Source of the DNA: an uncultured Armatimonadia bacterium | Lineage (GTDB): Bacteria; Armatimonadota; Zipacnadia; CAVVLO01 | Length of the DNA stretch: 64,000 bases | NCBI GenBank assembly: GCA_963749155.1 | Contig: CAVVLO010000002.1 | Span: 1,120,001-1,184,000 of the forward strand | Direction of reading: 5' to 3' | In this document: positions 39,653-48,669 of the stretch, one piece after another | Numbering within the stretch: position 1 is the first letter of the stretch | Layout of the letters: every line of letters starts with the position of its first letter | Translations under genes and position numbers: made by a program | Notes under the pieces: generated by a model | What the model saw: the letters and a program-made list of their open reading frames with translations, nothing else | Told to the model about the DNA's origin: nothing | Database searches by the model: none

Positions 39653-40555
39653 CTAGTCAGCCTTCTCCTGGTCTTTACCCAGTCCAAGCTTCTCAAGCAG
39701 GCCGGTGGTCTTGATGCGATTCATATTTAGTCCGAGATCGTCCTTGGGATCCATCCCGAAGGCCAGGCCCATAAGCTGGGGCAGATAGACGACGGGCAGG
39801 TCGTATTCTTTCTCTCTGACCTCGGCAATCTTGCGCTGGTTGTCGTCATACATAACACTGCAAAAGGGGCAGAAGAGCACCATCGCATCGGCGTGGCGCT
39901 CGGTGACCTCATCGAGCTTCTTGCCAGCCATTGAAAGGGCGAGGTTTTCATCTATAGGCAGCAAGGCGCCTCCGCAACAGTTGTACTTTGAAAGGTAGTT
40001 AAGAGACTTGCCGCCGAGGGCTTCGATAATCAGGTCGAGAGTATGAGCATCCTCTGGACTGTCAAACTTGTCATGTGCCTTGCTGGGCTTAAGGTAATGG
40101 CAGCCGTAGTGAGGCGCAAAAAGCAAGTCGCCAAGAGGATGGACGACCTTCTCACGGATGGCCTCAAGGCCAATATCCTCTATAAAGACGCGCGCGATAT
40201 GGCGTATCTTGACAGTGCCTTCATAGGTGCGGTCGATTTGAGCCAGATATTCGAGAGCCTGATCTCGACTGCGTTCATCGTGATGGAAACGATGATTCGC
40301 CTCAGCGAGGACTGCGGTACAGGCGCTGCAAAGAGACATTATCTCGAGGCCCTGCTCTTCGGCATAACTAAGCTGCAGGACGGCCATCGCATTGGCGGTA
40401 GGCACGTCGGTCGAGATGACAGGGAACCCGCAACAGGAGAAGTCAGGCACATTCACGAGTTCGATGCCAAAAGCTTCGCAGACTTTACGGGCGGAAAGCT
40501 CGTAGTTCTGACCTCTGACGGGGATAGTACAGCCGAGGAAGGCGGCGAACTTCAT
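39653..40555 (-). CDS. hdrB: Heterodisulfide reductase subunit B
   Basis: FLGC, SCCG, CSAC, HYGCH, CCGG, CPFC (two CCG domains). Confidence 0.95.
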   Translation of the reverse strand: MKFAAFLGCTIPVRGQNYELSARKVCEAFGIELVNVPDFSCCGFPVISTDVPTANAMAVLQLSYAEEQGLEIMSLCSACTAVLAEANHRFHHDERSRDQALEYLAQIDRTYEGTVKIRHIARVFIEDIGLEAIREKVVHPLGDLLFAPHYGCHYLKPSKAHDKFDSPEDAHTLDLIIEALGGKSLNYLSKYNCCGGALLPIDENLALSMAGKKLDEVTERHADAMVLFCPFCSVMYDDNQRKIAEVREKEYDLPVVYLPQLMGLAFGMDPKDDLGLNMNRIKTTGLLEKLGLGKDQEKAD

Positions 40556-41091
40556 TTTTTCTCACCCTCTTCTGCGGTAGCTTCGAACTCTTTTTTGAAC
40601 TTATAGTTGGCGAAGAGCTGGCGGACTGTTTCGGCGCGCTGTTCGATTTCGGGAAGGCCCATCCGCTTGCTGCGGCGTTTGTTGTCGAAGTCGGTGATCT
40701 CATAGATGCGGCCATACTGATACACCAGTTCGGCTTGCTTCTTGAAGCCGGCGGGCACATAGCCTCGTTCGACAGCCAGGTTCTTAAGCGCGGTAATGAC
40801 GTCGGTGAGGCGGACGTCCTGAGGACAGCGCTCCTCACAGGTGTAGCACATCGAGCACAGCCAGAGGGTCTCACTCTTCAGCAAGTCCTCATCAAGGCCC
40901 AGCAAGGCCTTATGGATGATCTGGCGCGGGTTGTAATCGGGATTTATTTCAGCCACCGGACAACCGGCGGTGCAGGTGCCACACTGGAAGCAAGCATTGA
41001 TATGCTCGCCTCCTGGTTGGCGCCTGACTTCATCAGCGAAATCAGGATGCAGAGTAGTGACTTCGCGGGTTTCGTCCTCGTTAGTACTCAT
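40552..41091 (-). CDS. hdrC: Heterodisulfide reductase subunit C
   Basis: CFQCGTCTAGCP, WLCSMCYTCEERCPQ. Confidence 0.95.
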   Translation of the reverse strand: MSTNEDETREVTTLHPDFADEVRRQPGGEHINACFQCGTCTAGCPVAEINPDYNPRQIIHKALLGLDEDLLKSETLWLCSMCYTCEERCPQDVRLTDVITALKNLAVERGYVPAGFKKQAELVYQYGRIYEITDFDNKRRSKRMGLPEIEQRAETVRQLFANYKFKKEFEATAEEGEKK

Positions 41092-41129
41092 ATCGGACCT
41101 CTCCCTGGTGGTAAAGAGCACAGCAGGAG

Positions 41130-41158
41130 ATTATATGCCAGCCCCTGTGCAGTGTCAA
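41130..41158 (-). promoter_or_regulatory. Perfect-consensus sigma70 promoter of the hdr operon
   Basis: Minus strand TTGACA, 17 bp, TATAAT, about 40 bp upstream of hdrC. Confidence 0.85.
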
Positions 41159-41261
41159 ACCAAACGGAGGAAGCTCTGGTTCCCTGAAAAAAGCCTCAAA
41201 AAGGCCCCTAAAGTCTTTTTTGCCTTCTGCCGATAAGCAAGACAAGAGGGCAGAAGACGCG

Positions 41262-42617
41262 ATGAAAAGAGCTTTGGTAGCCACAGCAAACGACAAGTGC
41301 CGTGATCTGCTTGAGGGGATGCTCTCAGGCAGAGGCTTTATGGTTGTGCCAGCCAGGGACACCGCTCAGGCTATCAGCCTGCTGGGAGAAAGCGCAACTG
41401 ATCTGCTGCTGCTGGACGCGAGGCTGCCTGGCGCGACGGCGGACTCTGTCCTGCAACTGCTTGAGCCTAACCAGTTTGAGCCGGACCAGAAGGTGCTGCT
41501 GGTAACTTGCGCCTCGGGACGAAAAGTGAAAGAGCAAGGTGCAGCGGCGACCAACTTGCTCGATATGCTCAAGGCCAAAAGCCTCGAAGCCGAGTTGCTG
41601 CGCGAATTAGGCAAGCTGACCGTGCGCGGAGGAGAACTTGGCAGCGCCTGCAGCAAGCTGATGGAACTGGCCCTTCGGCTGACCGGAGCCTCGGGAGCCT
41701 TGCTGGCGGTGCGAGACCACGAGCGGATTGGCTCTCAGGTTGCCAGTACCAAACCACTGACTGCCAGCTTCTGGCGCAGGTTGATGGCACGTACAGCCGA
41801 AGTAGCTGAAGGTCTAGGTCTGGCCAACGTTACAGCTCGACGACTGGAAGAAGGGCTTGAATCAGAACTCGAAGAAGCTGGCGAGAGCGCCAATCCAGAG
41901 AATCCTGCAATTCGAGGCTTCAGAGTTTTCCCCCTTACTGGACGGGGAGGGCCCAGAGGCCTATTGGCGTTAGGGTTTGCTGCCACGCCAAAGCTGAGTC
42001 CCGCAGTAGATGAGGCGCTCAAGCTTGCAGTGCCGTATGGCGGAGTGGTGATAGAGAACCTGCTGCTGCACCGACGACTGTGGGAGATCTCCAGGGTGGA
42101 CGAACTGACGCAACTGGCGAACCGGCGAGAATTCGAAGAACGGCTTTCCGTTGAGTTAAGGCGTTACCGACGCTATGGTACAGGATTCAGCCTGATAATG
42201 ATGGACCTGGACAACTTCAAGGGGGTGAACGACAAACTGGGGCATGTCGTTGGCGATCAGGCAATAGCAGCGGCAGGTCAGGCTTTGCGAAGCACCTTGC
42301 GCGCTGTGGATGTATGCGCGCGATTTGGCGGAGACGAATTTGTGGCCATCCTGCCAGAGACGACCTCCTATCTGGAGTTGATTGGAGGACGCATCCAGGA
42401 GGCCGTTCAAGCCGCCTTGTTACATATACCTGGAGTCGACTCGGTGCCGGAGGTAGGGGTCTCCCTGGGGATAGCTTCCTGTCCAGACCAGGGTACAGCT
42501 CGAGAAGAGTTGCTGGGGGCGGCTGATATAGCGCTTTATCTGGCCAAACGTCCTCAGGCCGTTAAGGTACAACTTGCGAAGGTTGGCGTAAGAGCAACCT
42601 CAGATGCAAGACGCTAG
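41262..42617 (+). CDS. Diguanylate cyclase (degenerate REC, GAF-like and GGDEF domains)
   Basis: DELTQLANRR, DLDNFKGVND..GH, RAVD I-site, RFGGDEF. Confidence 0.9.
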   Translation: MKRALVATANDKCRDLLEGMLSGRGFMVVPARDTAQAISLLGESATDLLLLDARLPGATADSVLQLLEPNQFEPDQKVLLVTCASGRKVKEQGAAATNLLDMLKAKSLEAELLRELGKLTVRGGELGSACSKLMELALRLTGASGALLAVRDHERIGSQVASTKPLTASFWRRLMARTAEVAEGLGLANVTARRLEEGLESELEEAGESANPENPAIRGFRVFPLTGRGGPRGLLALGFAATPKLSPAVDEALKLAVPYGGVVIENLLLHRRLWEISRVDELTQLANRREFEERLSVELRRYRRYGTGFSLIMMDLDNFKGVNDKLGHVVGDQAIAAAGQALRSTLRAVDVCARFGGDEFVAILPETTSYLELIGGRIQEAVQAALLHIPGVDSVPEVGVSLGIASCPDQGTAREELLGAADIALYLAKRPQAVKVQLAKVGVRATSDARR

Positions 42618-42636
42618 GGGTTAACTTGACTAGCTC

Positions 42637-42846
42637 TCCACTGAGAGGGTCCTGGCGGTAAGATGAGTTGAGGGCTTGATTGGATAAGAGAGCTAGGCAC
42701 AAGACCAGGAGAGGCAAGCCTAGTAACTGGCACGGTTATCTGGTCAGGAGGCAGGCACGGCCAGGGCTAGTGGACAACTAGCAGGTATCAAGACCTCAGG
42801 CGAGTATTCTCTTCGTAAGTAGCTACTTTTTTTTCCACTGAGAGGG
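42637..42846. repeat. 13-bp direct repeat bracketing an intergenic region
   Basis: TCCACTGAGAGGG at 42637-42649 and 42834-42846. Confidence 0.7.
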
Positions 42847-42853
42847 CCTGTGG

Positions 42854-43963
42854 ATGGCTGGACTGGTCGTTGCACTCGATGGCGGAGGCAGCCGGACGCG
42901 CGCGCTTGCAACTGACGGCTCAGGGCAGGTACTGGGAACCGGACTTGGCGGCGCAAGCGCCTTTGTGCGGGCAGGCGGAGCAGTGGTTTTCGAGTCTGTT
43001 GCGAAGGCACTGCAGCAGGCGGTTCCTTCCGAGCTAGGCAAGGAGCCGGCTTCGGTAGCTTTCTGCCTGGGTGGGGGCAACGGTGAGGAGGCCTGTGCTG
43101 CTGTAAAAGCGGTATTGCCGGCAGCCAAGGTGAGCCTGGTTGGAGAGGTCGACTGCGCGCTGGCACTTGGACAAGCGCGGTTGGTAGACCTTGTGGTGCT
43201 TGTTGGGACAGGCGTCATCGCAGGAGCCCCCTCGGGAGATTCGCTAGTTGCATGTGGAGGGATGGGCGCCTTTACAGGAGATGAAGGGGGCGGCTTCTGG
43301 GTAGGTTGGGAAGCCGTGCGAGCTGTAATAAGAGCACTGGATGGGCGCGCACCAGGCACTCTGCTCGAGCCTTTGCTGCTAGCTGAGTCACAACTCTCCA
43401 AGAGTGCTGGCTTACCACGAGACGAGGTTCTTGTCAGGCTGGCTGGTTCTCCAACCGAAAGAAGAGGACTGGCGTACCGACTCGTCTGGGGAGCGCGAGC
43501 CATGGGCAGGCAGCATATCGGGGCGTTGTCTCCTTATGTGAGCCAGGCTGCGCGTGAGGGTGACGAGGTTGCACAGGCTCTCCTGGTAAGGGCGGGAGGA
43601 GAGCTTGCTCGGTATGCACTTGCGCTTGGCCAGGAACTTGAAACTGCAGGGGCAAAGTCTGCCAGGGCAGGTTTTCTGGGAGGGCTGGTGCGATCGAGTC
43701 CTGAGGTGCTGGAAGGGATCAACCTGGAGTTTGCACAAGCAAGATCAGGCCTTGCGGCGGTTATACTTGAGGGCGAGTTAGTGTTTGGGGCGGCTTTGAA
43801 GGCACTGGAGCGTGTGCTTACCCAGGAACAGGCAGCAGTGCTTCTAGAGGACTGGAGCACCAAAGCGCACTGGGCTCTTGCACCCGAGCCCGAGTGGATT
43901 GCCCCGGAATATGGCAGCTTTGAGCCTGGAAGTCTGGCTTCAGAGTTCGGTTCGATCGCTTAG
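42854..43963 (+). CDS. BadF/BadG/BcrA/BcrD-type ATPase, N-acetylglucosamine kinase-like
   Basis: LDGGGSRT, VGTG, GDEGGGFWVG. Confidence 0.85.
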   Translation: MAGLVVALDGGGSRTRALATDGSGQVLGTGLGGASAFVRAGGAVVFESVAKALQQAVPSELGKEPASVAFCLGGGNGEEACAAVKAVLPAAKVSLVGEVDCALALGQARLVDLVVLVGTGVIAGAPSGDSLVACGGMGAFTGDEGGGFWVGWEAVRAVIRALDGRAPGTLLEPLLLAESQLSKSAGLPRDEVLVRLAGSPTERRGLAYRLVWGARAMGRQHIGALSPYVSQAAREGDEVAQALLVRAGGELARYALALGQELETAGAKSARAGFLGGLVRSSPEVLEGINLEFAQARSGLAAVILEGELVFGAALKALERVLTQEQAAVLLEDWSTKAHWALAPEPEWIAPEYGSFEPGSLASEFGSIA

Positions 43964-43973
43964 GAGGTACCCA

Positions 43974-44663
43974 ATGAACCTGGTCGACCAACTGAAGGGA
44001 AAGCTGGTGGTCTCCTGCCAGGCAGGCGATTACAGTCCTTTTCATGGCCCTCTCTTGATGGCAGCTTTTGCCTGGGCAGCCGAAAGAGGCGGGGCGGGGG
44101 GATTGCGCGTCGATAAACCTTGTGACATCGCAGCGTGCAGAAGGATCAGTTCCTTGCCCATAATTGGCATCTACAAAGTGATATATCCAGGAAGCGAGGT
44201 CTACATCACGCCAACTTTTCAAGAAGCCCAGGAGGTAAGCGAGGCGGGAGCGGACATATTGGCTATCGATGGGACTGGTCGTGAACGGCCGCTGGGAACG
44301 GAGCTGGGGGCACTTATCGAGCGCATCCAGGGAGAGTTGGGCAAGCCTGTGATGTGCGATTGTTCGACTGTAGAGGAAGGGCTGCGCTGCGCAGAATTGG
44401 GAGCGGATATTGTTGCTTCCACAATGGCTGGATACACTCCGTATTCTAAAAAAACGGAAGGGCCGGACCTGGAGATGGTAGCCAGGCTGGCAAGCGAGCA
44501 ACCAAAGCCTGTTATCGCTGAAGGGCGTTATTGGTCACCTGAAGAGGCGCGCCTGGCACTGGAGGCTGGGGCCCACGCGGTGGTTGTAGGAACGGCGATC
44601 ACGGTGCCGGAGTGGATAACTTCGCGGTTCGTTGCGGAGATGGCAGAAGCAAAGCGCAGTTGA
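43974..44663 (+). CDS. nanE: N-acetylmannosamine-6-phosphate 2-epimerase
   Basis: LVVSCQA, PIIGIYK, VYITPT, GYT, IAEGR, VVVGTAIT. Confidence 0.93.
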   Translation: MNLVDQLKGKLVVSCQAGDYSPFHGPLLMAAFAWAAERGGAGGLRVDKPCDIAACRRISSLPIIGIYKVIYPGSEVYITPTFQEAQEVSEAGADILAIDGTGRERPLGTELGALIERIQGELGKPVMCDCSTVEEGLRCAELGADIVASTMAGYTPYSKKTEGPDLEMVARLASEQPKPVIAEGRYWSPEEARLALEAGAHAVVVGTAITVPEWITSRFVAEMAEAKRS

Positions 44664-44697
44664 CCCGGCTTGAAGAGCTAGGTTATAAGCAGACACT

Positions 44698-45150
44698 GTG
44701 AGCCGGCAAAGCAATACCTCAGTTCCGATACTTGGGTGGACAGTGCACCTGGCCAGGCAGCAACCTGCTCGCGCCTGGGGTGTCCTTTTGGCGATCCTCG
44801 GAGCATCAGTTTTAGCCTGGTGGGCCTTGGGAGCGCCTGCTTATGGGTTGCTTGCCGCCTTTTTACTGATTATGAGCCTGTCGGATTTCTATTTTCCAGT
44901 GAAATTCGAGTTGACGGAGCAGGGCGCAAGAGAGAGCTGCCTTGGGCCCAGGCGATATATCCAATGGAAGGAAGTGCGCCAGGTGTTCGTCGATGCGAAA
45001 GGCGTGAAGCTTAGTCCCCTTGCTGAGGAAAGCAGGCTCGAAGCTTATCGAGGCCTTTATCTGCGGTTCGCTGATAATGCCGAATTGGTAGAGGAGACAG
45101 TCAGAAGGCTTTGGGAGAAGGCGAAAACGGATGAGGAGCTTCGGCAGTGA
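44698..45150 (+). CDS. Hypothetical membrane protein (two N-terminal TM helices, beta-rich C-terminus)
   Basis: Hydrophobic pair followed by a soluble domain; overlaps the next gene. Confidence 0.65.
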   Translation: MSRQSNTSVPILGWTVHLARQQPARAWGVLLAILGASVLAWWALGAPAYGLLAAFLLIMSLSDFYFPVKFELTEQGARESCLGPRRYIQWKEVRQVFVDAKGVKLSPLAEESRLEAYRGLYLRFADNAELVEETVRRLWEKAKTDEELRQ

Positions 45151-45445
45151 GCCGGTAAGCCCGGAGCAGGAAACACTGCTGCTGGGTCAAATAGTTACCT
45201 TTGTAACCGCTCGCCGGCTGGAAGTACCTGCCGTCTTCCTGCTTGAGTTGACAAAACCGCTCAGTTTTATAACGAGCCAGGCTGTGGTGCTTGCCTCCCC
45301 AGTCCTTGGCGCTTTACTGGGACTAGCTACTGCAGAGGCGCTATATTGGGTTCTTGAAGACAGAGCGCGGGTAGAGAAACTTATACAGAGTATCGAGGAG
45401 GCCGCAACTCTGGCTCCGAGCGACCAGCAGAGCAAGCCGGACTAG
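45131..45445 (+). CDS. Small hypothetical protein
   Basis: LEVPAVFLLELTKPLSFITSQA; tightly packed between neighbours. Confidence 0.7.
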   Translation: MRSFGSEPVSPEQETLLLGQIVTFVTARRLEVPAVFLLELTKPLSFITSQAVVLASPVLGALLGLATAEALYWVLEDRARVEKLIQSIEEAATLAPSDQQSKPD

Positions 45446-45448
45446 CCG

Positions 45449-46297
45449 ATGGACAAGACTCTTCAGGATGCGATGGCCGAGCACGCCACATATGGCACCA
45501 GCGTGATGTTGTTGGTGCTTATAACCGTGTTGCTTGGTTTCGTGTTCACGGCGCGGCGCGGAAGAGAGTTATATGTAAGGCGCATCCCTGGGGTGGACGC
45601 CATACGCGAGGCCGTTGGGAGAGCCACCGAGATGGGCAAGCCCGTGTTTTTCTCGATTGGACTTGGTGGCATCGACATCGTTACCTTGCAGGCGCTTTCT
45701 ATCGCAGGTTATGTAGCCCGGCTTGCAGCCAAATATGGGACGAAAGTGATAGTGCCGGTAGTGTCGGCACCAGTATACCCAGTTGCAGAGCAAGTACTGA
45801 AAGAAGCGTATCTGGCCGAGGGCAAGCCTGAAGCTTTCAGTGAAGATCAGGTGCGTTTCCTGTCGGGAGAGCAGTTCGCCTACGCGGCAGCGTACGCAGG
45901 GATGATGCATCGAGAAAAGGCCGCGGCAAACCTGATGTTTGGTTTGTTCTATGCGGAGTCTTTGATTCTGGCGGAAAACGGTCAGAGCCTCGGGGCTATC
46001 CAGGTAGCAGGCACAGTCAGCACGACCCAGATACCTTTCTTCATTGCCACCTGCGATTACACTATCATTGGTGAGGAATACTACGCGACTTCGGCTTATC
46101 TTACGCGTGATCCGACCTTGCTAGGCTCGCTTGTAGGGCAAGACTATTCGAAGCTCCTGACTTTGTTGCTTGTGGTCGGAGGGGTAGCCTTGGCGACGCT
46201 TGCGGCCTTGTGGCCAGAGCTGGCAGGGCTTGATATGAAGCAGTTAAGCGAACTATACAAGGGGTTGTTCGAGTTCATCCCTCCCAATGGAAGCTAG
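45449..46297 (+). CDS. DUF6754-like membrane protein
   Basis: TM, then RRIPGVDAIREAVGRATEMGKP..AESLILAE..QIPFFIATCDYTIIGEEYYA; family name from recall. Confidence 0.75.
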   Translation: MDKTLQDAMAEHATYGTSVMLLVLITVLLGFVFTARRGRELYVRRIPGVDAIREAVGRATEMGKPVFFSIGLGGIDIVTLQALSIAGYVARLAAKYGTKVIVPVVSAPVYPVAEQVLKEAYLAEGKPEAFSEDQVRFLSGEQFAYAAAYAGMMHREKAAANLMFGLFYAESLILAENGQSLGAIQVAGTVSTTQIPFFIATCDYTIIGEEYYATSAYLTRDPTLLGSLVGQDYSKLLTLLLVVGGVALATLAALWPELAGLDMKQLSELYKGLFEFIPPNGS

Positions 46298-47114
46298 AGC
46301 CTGGTACCAACTAGAGCCGGGAACGGCCGCTTTCTATCTTGCGCTTGCAGGCGTGCTGCTGGGCGGCGTTGGCTTTCTGCTGCTACTGACTGCTTTGCCG
46401 AAGAAGGGCAAACAGTATCTGATTATCGCTTTCACTTTCCTCGCGGGGCTATTCTACTCGCTGGAATACTACCTGCCGGCAACCTCGCCCGAGGGCAACC
46501 TGCTGAGTCCCTACATCATTTCGGTCGGCGAGATAGCAATGGTAGTTGGGGCTTTCTCCTTCTTGCTCGGAGTCATCAACCTGACGATGCTGCATGGCAA
46601 CAGTATTGCCAAAAAGCGCAAAGGCTGGGGCGCGTCGGTAGTTTTCTTCGCAGGCTTCCTTACCACGGTCGTCGCCGGCCTGTTGCAGTTTTATAAGGGA
46701 GCACAGGATCCAGGCGCGGAGAAAACCATCTACGATGCCATCTGGTCGTATCTGTTTGACGGGATGCTGGTGCCACTGCAGGCAACCACTTTCTCTCTGC
46801 TCGCCTTCTACATCGTGTCAGCTTCCTACCGCGCTTTCAGGGTCAGGTCACGAGACGCGCTGCTGATGCTGGCTGCGGCGGTCGTGCTGATGCTGGGGCA
46901 GGTAAATGCGGGGCAATGGCTGACGCACTGGATTCCTGAAGATTCGACCTGGTCTTTTCTCAGAGTAGAAGTTATAGCCAATTGGCTGCTTTCTACAGTA
47001 AATATGGCGGCGCAGCGAGCAGTGCTGTTTGGATTGATGGTAGGCGAACTCGCAATGGCGCTACGGATATGGCTTAGCCTGGAGCGCGGCGCTTTCTTCG
47101 AAAGGAAGCTATAA
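46287..47114 (+). CDS. Polytopic hypothetical membrane protein
   Basis: Multiple TM segments; FSLLAFYIVSASYRAFRVR. Confidence 0.8.
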   Translation: MEARAWYQLEPGTAAFYLALAGVLLGGVGFLLLLTALPKKGKQYLIIAFTFLAGLFYSLEYYLPATSPEGNLLSPYIISVGEIAMVVGAFSFLLGVINLTMLHGNSIAKKRKGWGASVVFFAGFLTTVVAGLLQFYKGAQDPGAEKTIYDAIWSYLFDGMLVPLQATTFSLLAFYIVSASYRAFRVRSRDALLMLAAAVVLMLGQVNAGQWLTHWIPEDSTWSFLRVEVIANWLLSTVNMAAQRAVLFGLMVGELAMALRIWLSLERGAFFERKL

Positions 47115-47122
47115 GGGGCAGC

Positions 47123-47980
47123 ATGCTGGAGTGGCTTGCAAAATTCAGGCAGGTAGACCGGCGCCTAATATATCTGGTGCTGACGACGGTAGTGGTGGCG
47201 CCTTTCTTCCTGCCAATGGAGCTTCCAATCTACCCAAGTCCGCCGGCTCGGACCTTCTACGAGGCAGTCGAGGCAGTACCTGCGGACCGGCTTATATTGA
47301 TAGGGGCTGACTGGGATGCAGGCACCCAGGGCGAGATGAGCCCCCAATCAGAGGCCGTTATCGCACACCTGATGAAATCAAAGAAGCGTTTTGCGATCTG
47401 GTCTGCTTTTGTCCAGGGGCCGCTTCTGACACAGACTATCTGTGAGCGGATAGCACCAGAATTTGGGGCGAAGTATGGCGAGGATTGGGTCAATATCGGC
47501 TACCGGACCGCCACGTTCAACACGCTGATGGCGGCGGTGAAGGACTTCCAGGGCACCTTCAAAACGGATTATAAGAACACTCCCCTGGAAAAGTTACCTG
47601 TACTCGATGGCATCAAAGACGTCAAACAGATCGGTATGGTAATTGACTTCTCGGGCTCAATGATGATGCCGACCTATATCAACGTGTTTCAGCCTTACAA
47701 AGAGACCAAGCTCTGTGCAGGGGTAACGGCAGTAATGGGGCCGGACTTCTTCCCCTTCCTTGACGCGGGGCAAATAAAGGGCTTGCTGTTAGGACTTAAA
47801 GGAGCAGCCGAATACGAAGCACTGGTTGGCCGCCCCTCCCAGGCAACCTCGTCAATGAATTCGCAGTCGCTGGCTCACCTGTTGATAATACTGTTGATAG
47901 TGCTGGGCAACCTGGGACTGGTGGCTCAGCGAAAGCTCGAGGCTCGGCAGGCAGAGCAAGACCAGGGGGGGGGGAAGTAG
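47123..47980 (+). CDS. Membrane-anchored hypothetical protein (TM, soluble alpha/beta domain, TM)
   Basis: DRRLIY, KYGEDWVNIGY, GLKGAAEYE, SQSLAHLLII. Confidence 0.8.
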   Translation: MLEWLAKFRQVDRRLIYLVLTTVVVAPFFLPMELPIYPSPPARTFYEAVEAVPADRLILIGADWDAGTQGEMSPQSEAVIAHLMKSKKRFAIWSAFVQGPLLTQTICERIAPEFGAKYGEDWVNIGYRTATFNTLMAAVKDFQGTFKTDYKNTPLEKLPVLDGIKDVKQIGMVIDFSGSMMMPTYINVFQPYKETKLCAGVTAVMGPDFFPFLDAGQIKGLLLGLKGAAEYEALVGRPSQATSSMNSQSLAHLLIILLIVLGNLGLVAQRKLEARQAEQDQGGGK

Positions 47981-48603
47981 TGGAAAACCAACTGGCTATG
48001 ACTACTTTGGCCGCCCTGCTTACGCTGGCTATCTTCTCAATTCTGTATAAGGAAAACATCGTATACAGGTATGCAGAGCACCTGTTCGTGGGCATTGCAA
48101 CCGGATATGGCCTGGTCATCACCTGGAAAGACGTGCTGGTGCCAAAGTGGCTTGATCCGATGCTTTCCGGTGGGGCCTGGCCGTGGATGTTTGCAATGGT
48201 CGCGGGTCTTATGTGGTACACGATTTTCTTGCGCAAGTATGAATGGACCTCCAGGCTGTTGATTGGCACTTTTATGGGACTTGCCGCCGGGGAGAGTTTC
48301 CGCGCTTTCGGCACTTTCTATATGCCACAGATTACGAGTTCTTTCCGCCCCCTCTGGGCCGGGAGTGTTGGCGCTTCGCTCAACCAGCTCGTGGTCTTCA
48401 TCACACTGGTGACAGTACTCAGCTATTTCTTCTTTGCCTTCCGGTATGAGCGAAAGGTGCTGCAAGTATCAGCTCAAACGGGGCGATATCTGCTTATGCT
48501 GTCATTTGGGGCCATCTTCGGATCGACAGTGATGGCCAGACTTTCCTTGTTCATCGAACGAATCCACTTTCTGCTGAAAGACTGGCTGCATCTAATTAGG
48601 TAA
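47980..48603 (+). CDS. Polytopic hypothetical membrane protein
   Basis: FSILYKENIVYRYAEHLFVG, LSYFFF, GRYLLMLSFGAIFG. Confidence 0.8.
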   Translation: MENQLAMTTLAALLTLAIFSILYKENIVYRYAEHLFVGIATGYGLVITWKDVLVPKWLDPMLSGGAWPWMFAMVAGLMWYTIFLRKYEWTSRLLIGTFMGLAAGESFRAFGTFYMPQITSSFRPLWAGSVGASLNQLVVFITLVTVLSYFFFAFRYERKVLQVSAQTGRYLLMLSFGAIFGSTVMARLSLFIERIHFLLKDWLHLIR

Positions 48604-48669
48604 CCTTGGCTTAGCCAGGTCATCAGTCAGCATACCGGAGAAGGCTTTTTTTCCACGATTGGAGCTTAT

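Noticed and set aside
27469..41121. Selenocysteine (in-frame TGA) in HdrA/MvhD genes
   Set aside because: All ORFs are full length with Cys at the motif positions; no read-through is needed
42718..42766. ZTP riboswitch (GTAACTGGC..GCCAGGGC resemblance)
   Set aside because: The P2 GUGG/CCAC stem and 3' GCCG..CGCCUGGGC are absent, and the downstream genes are not purine/folate related
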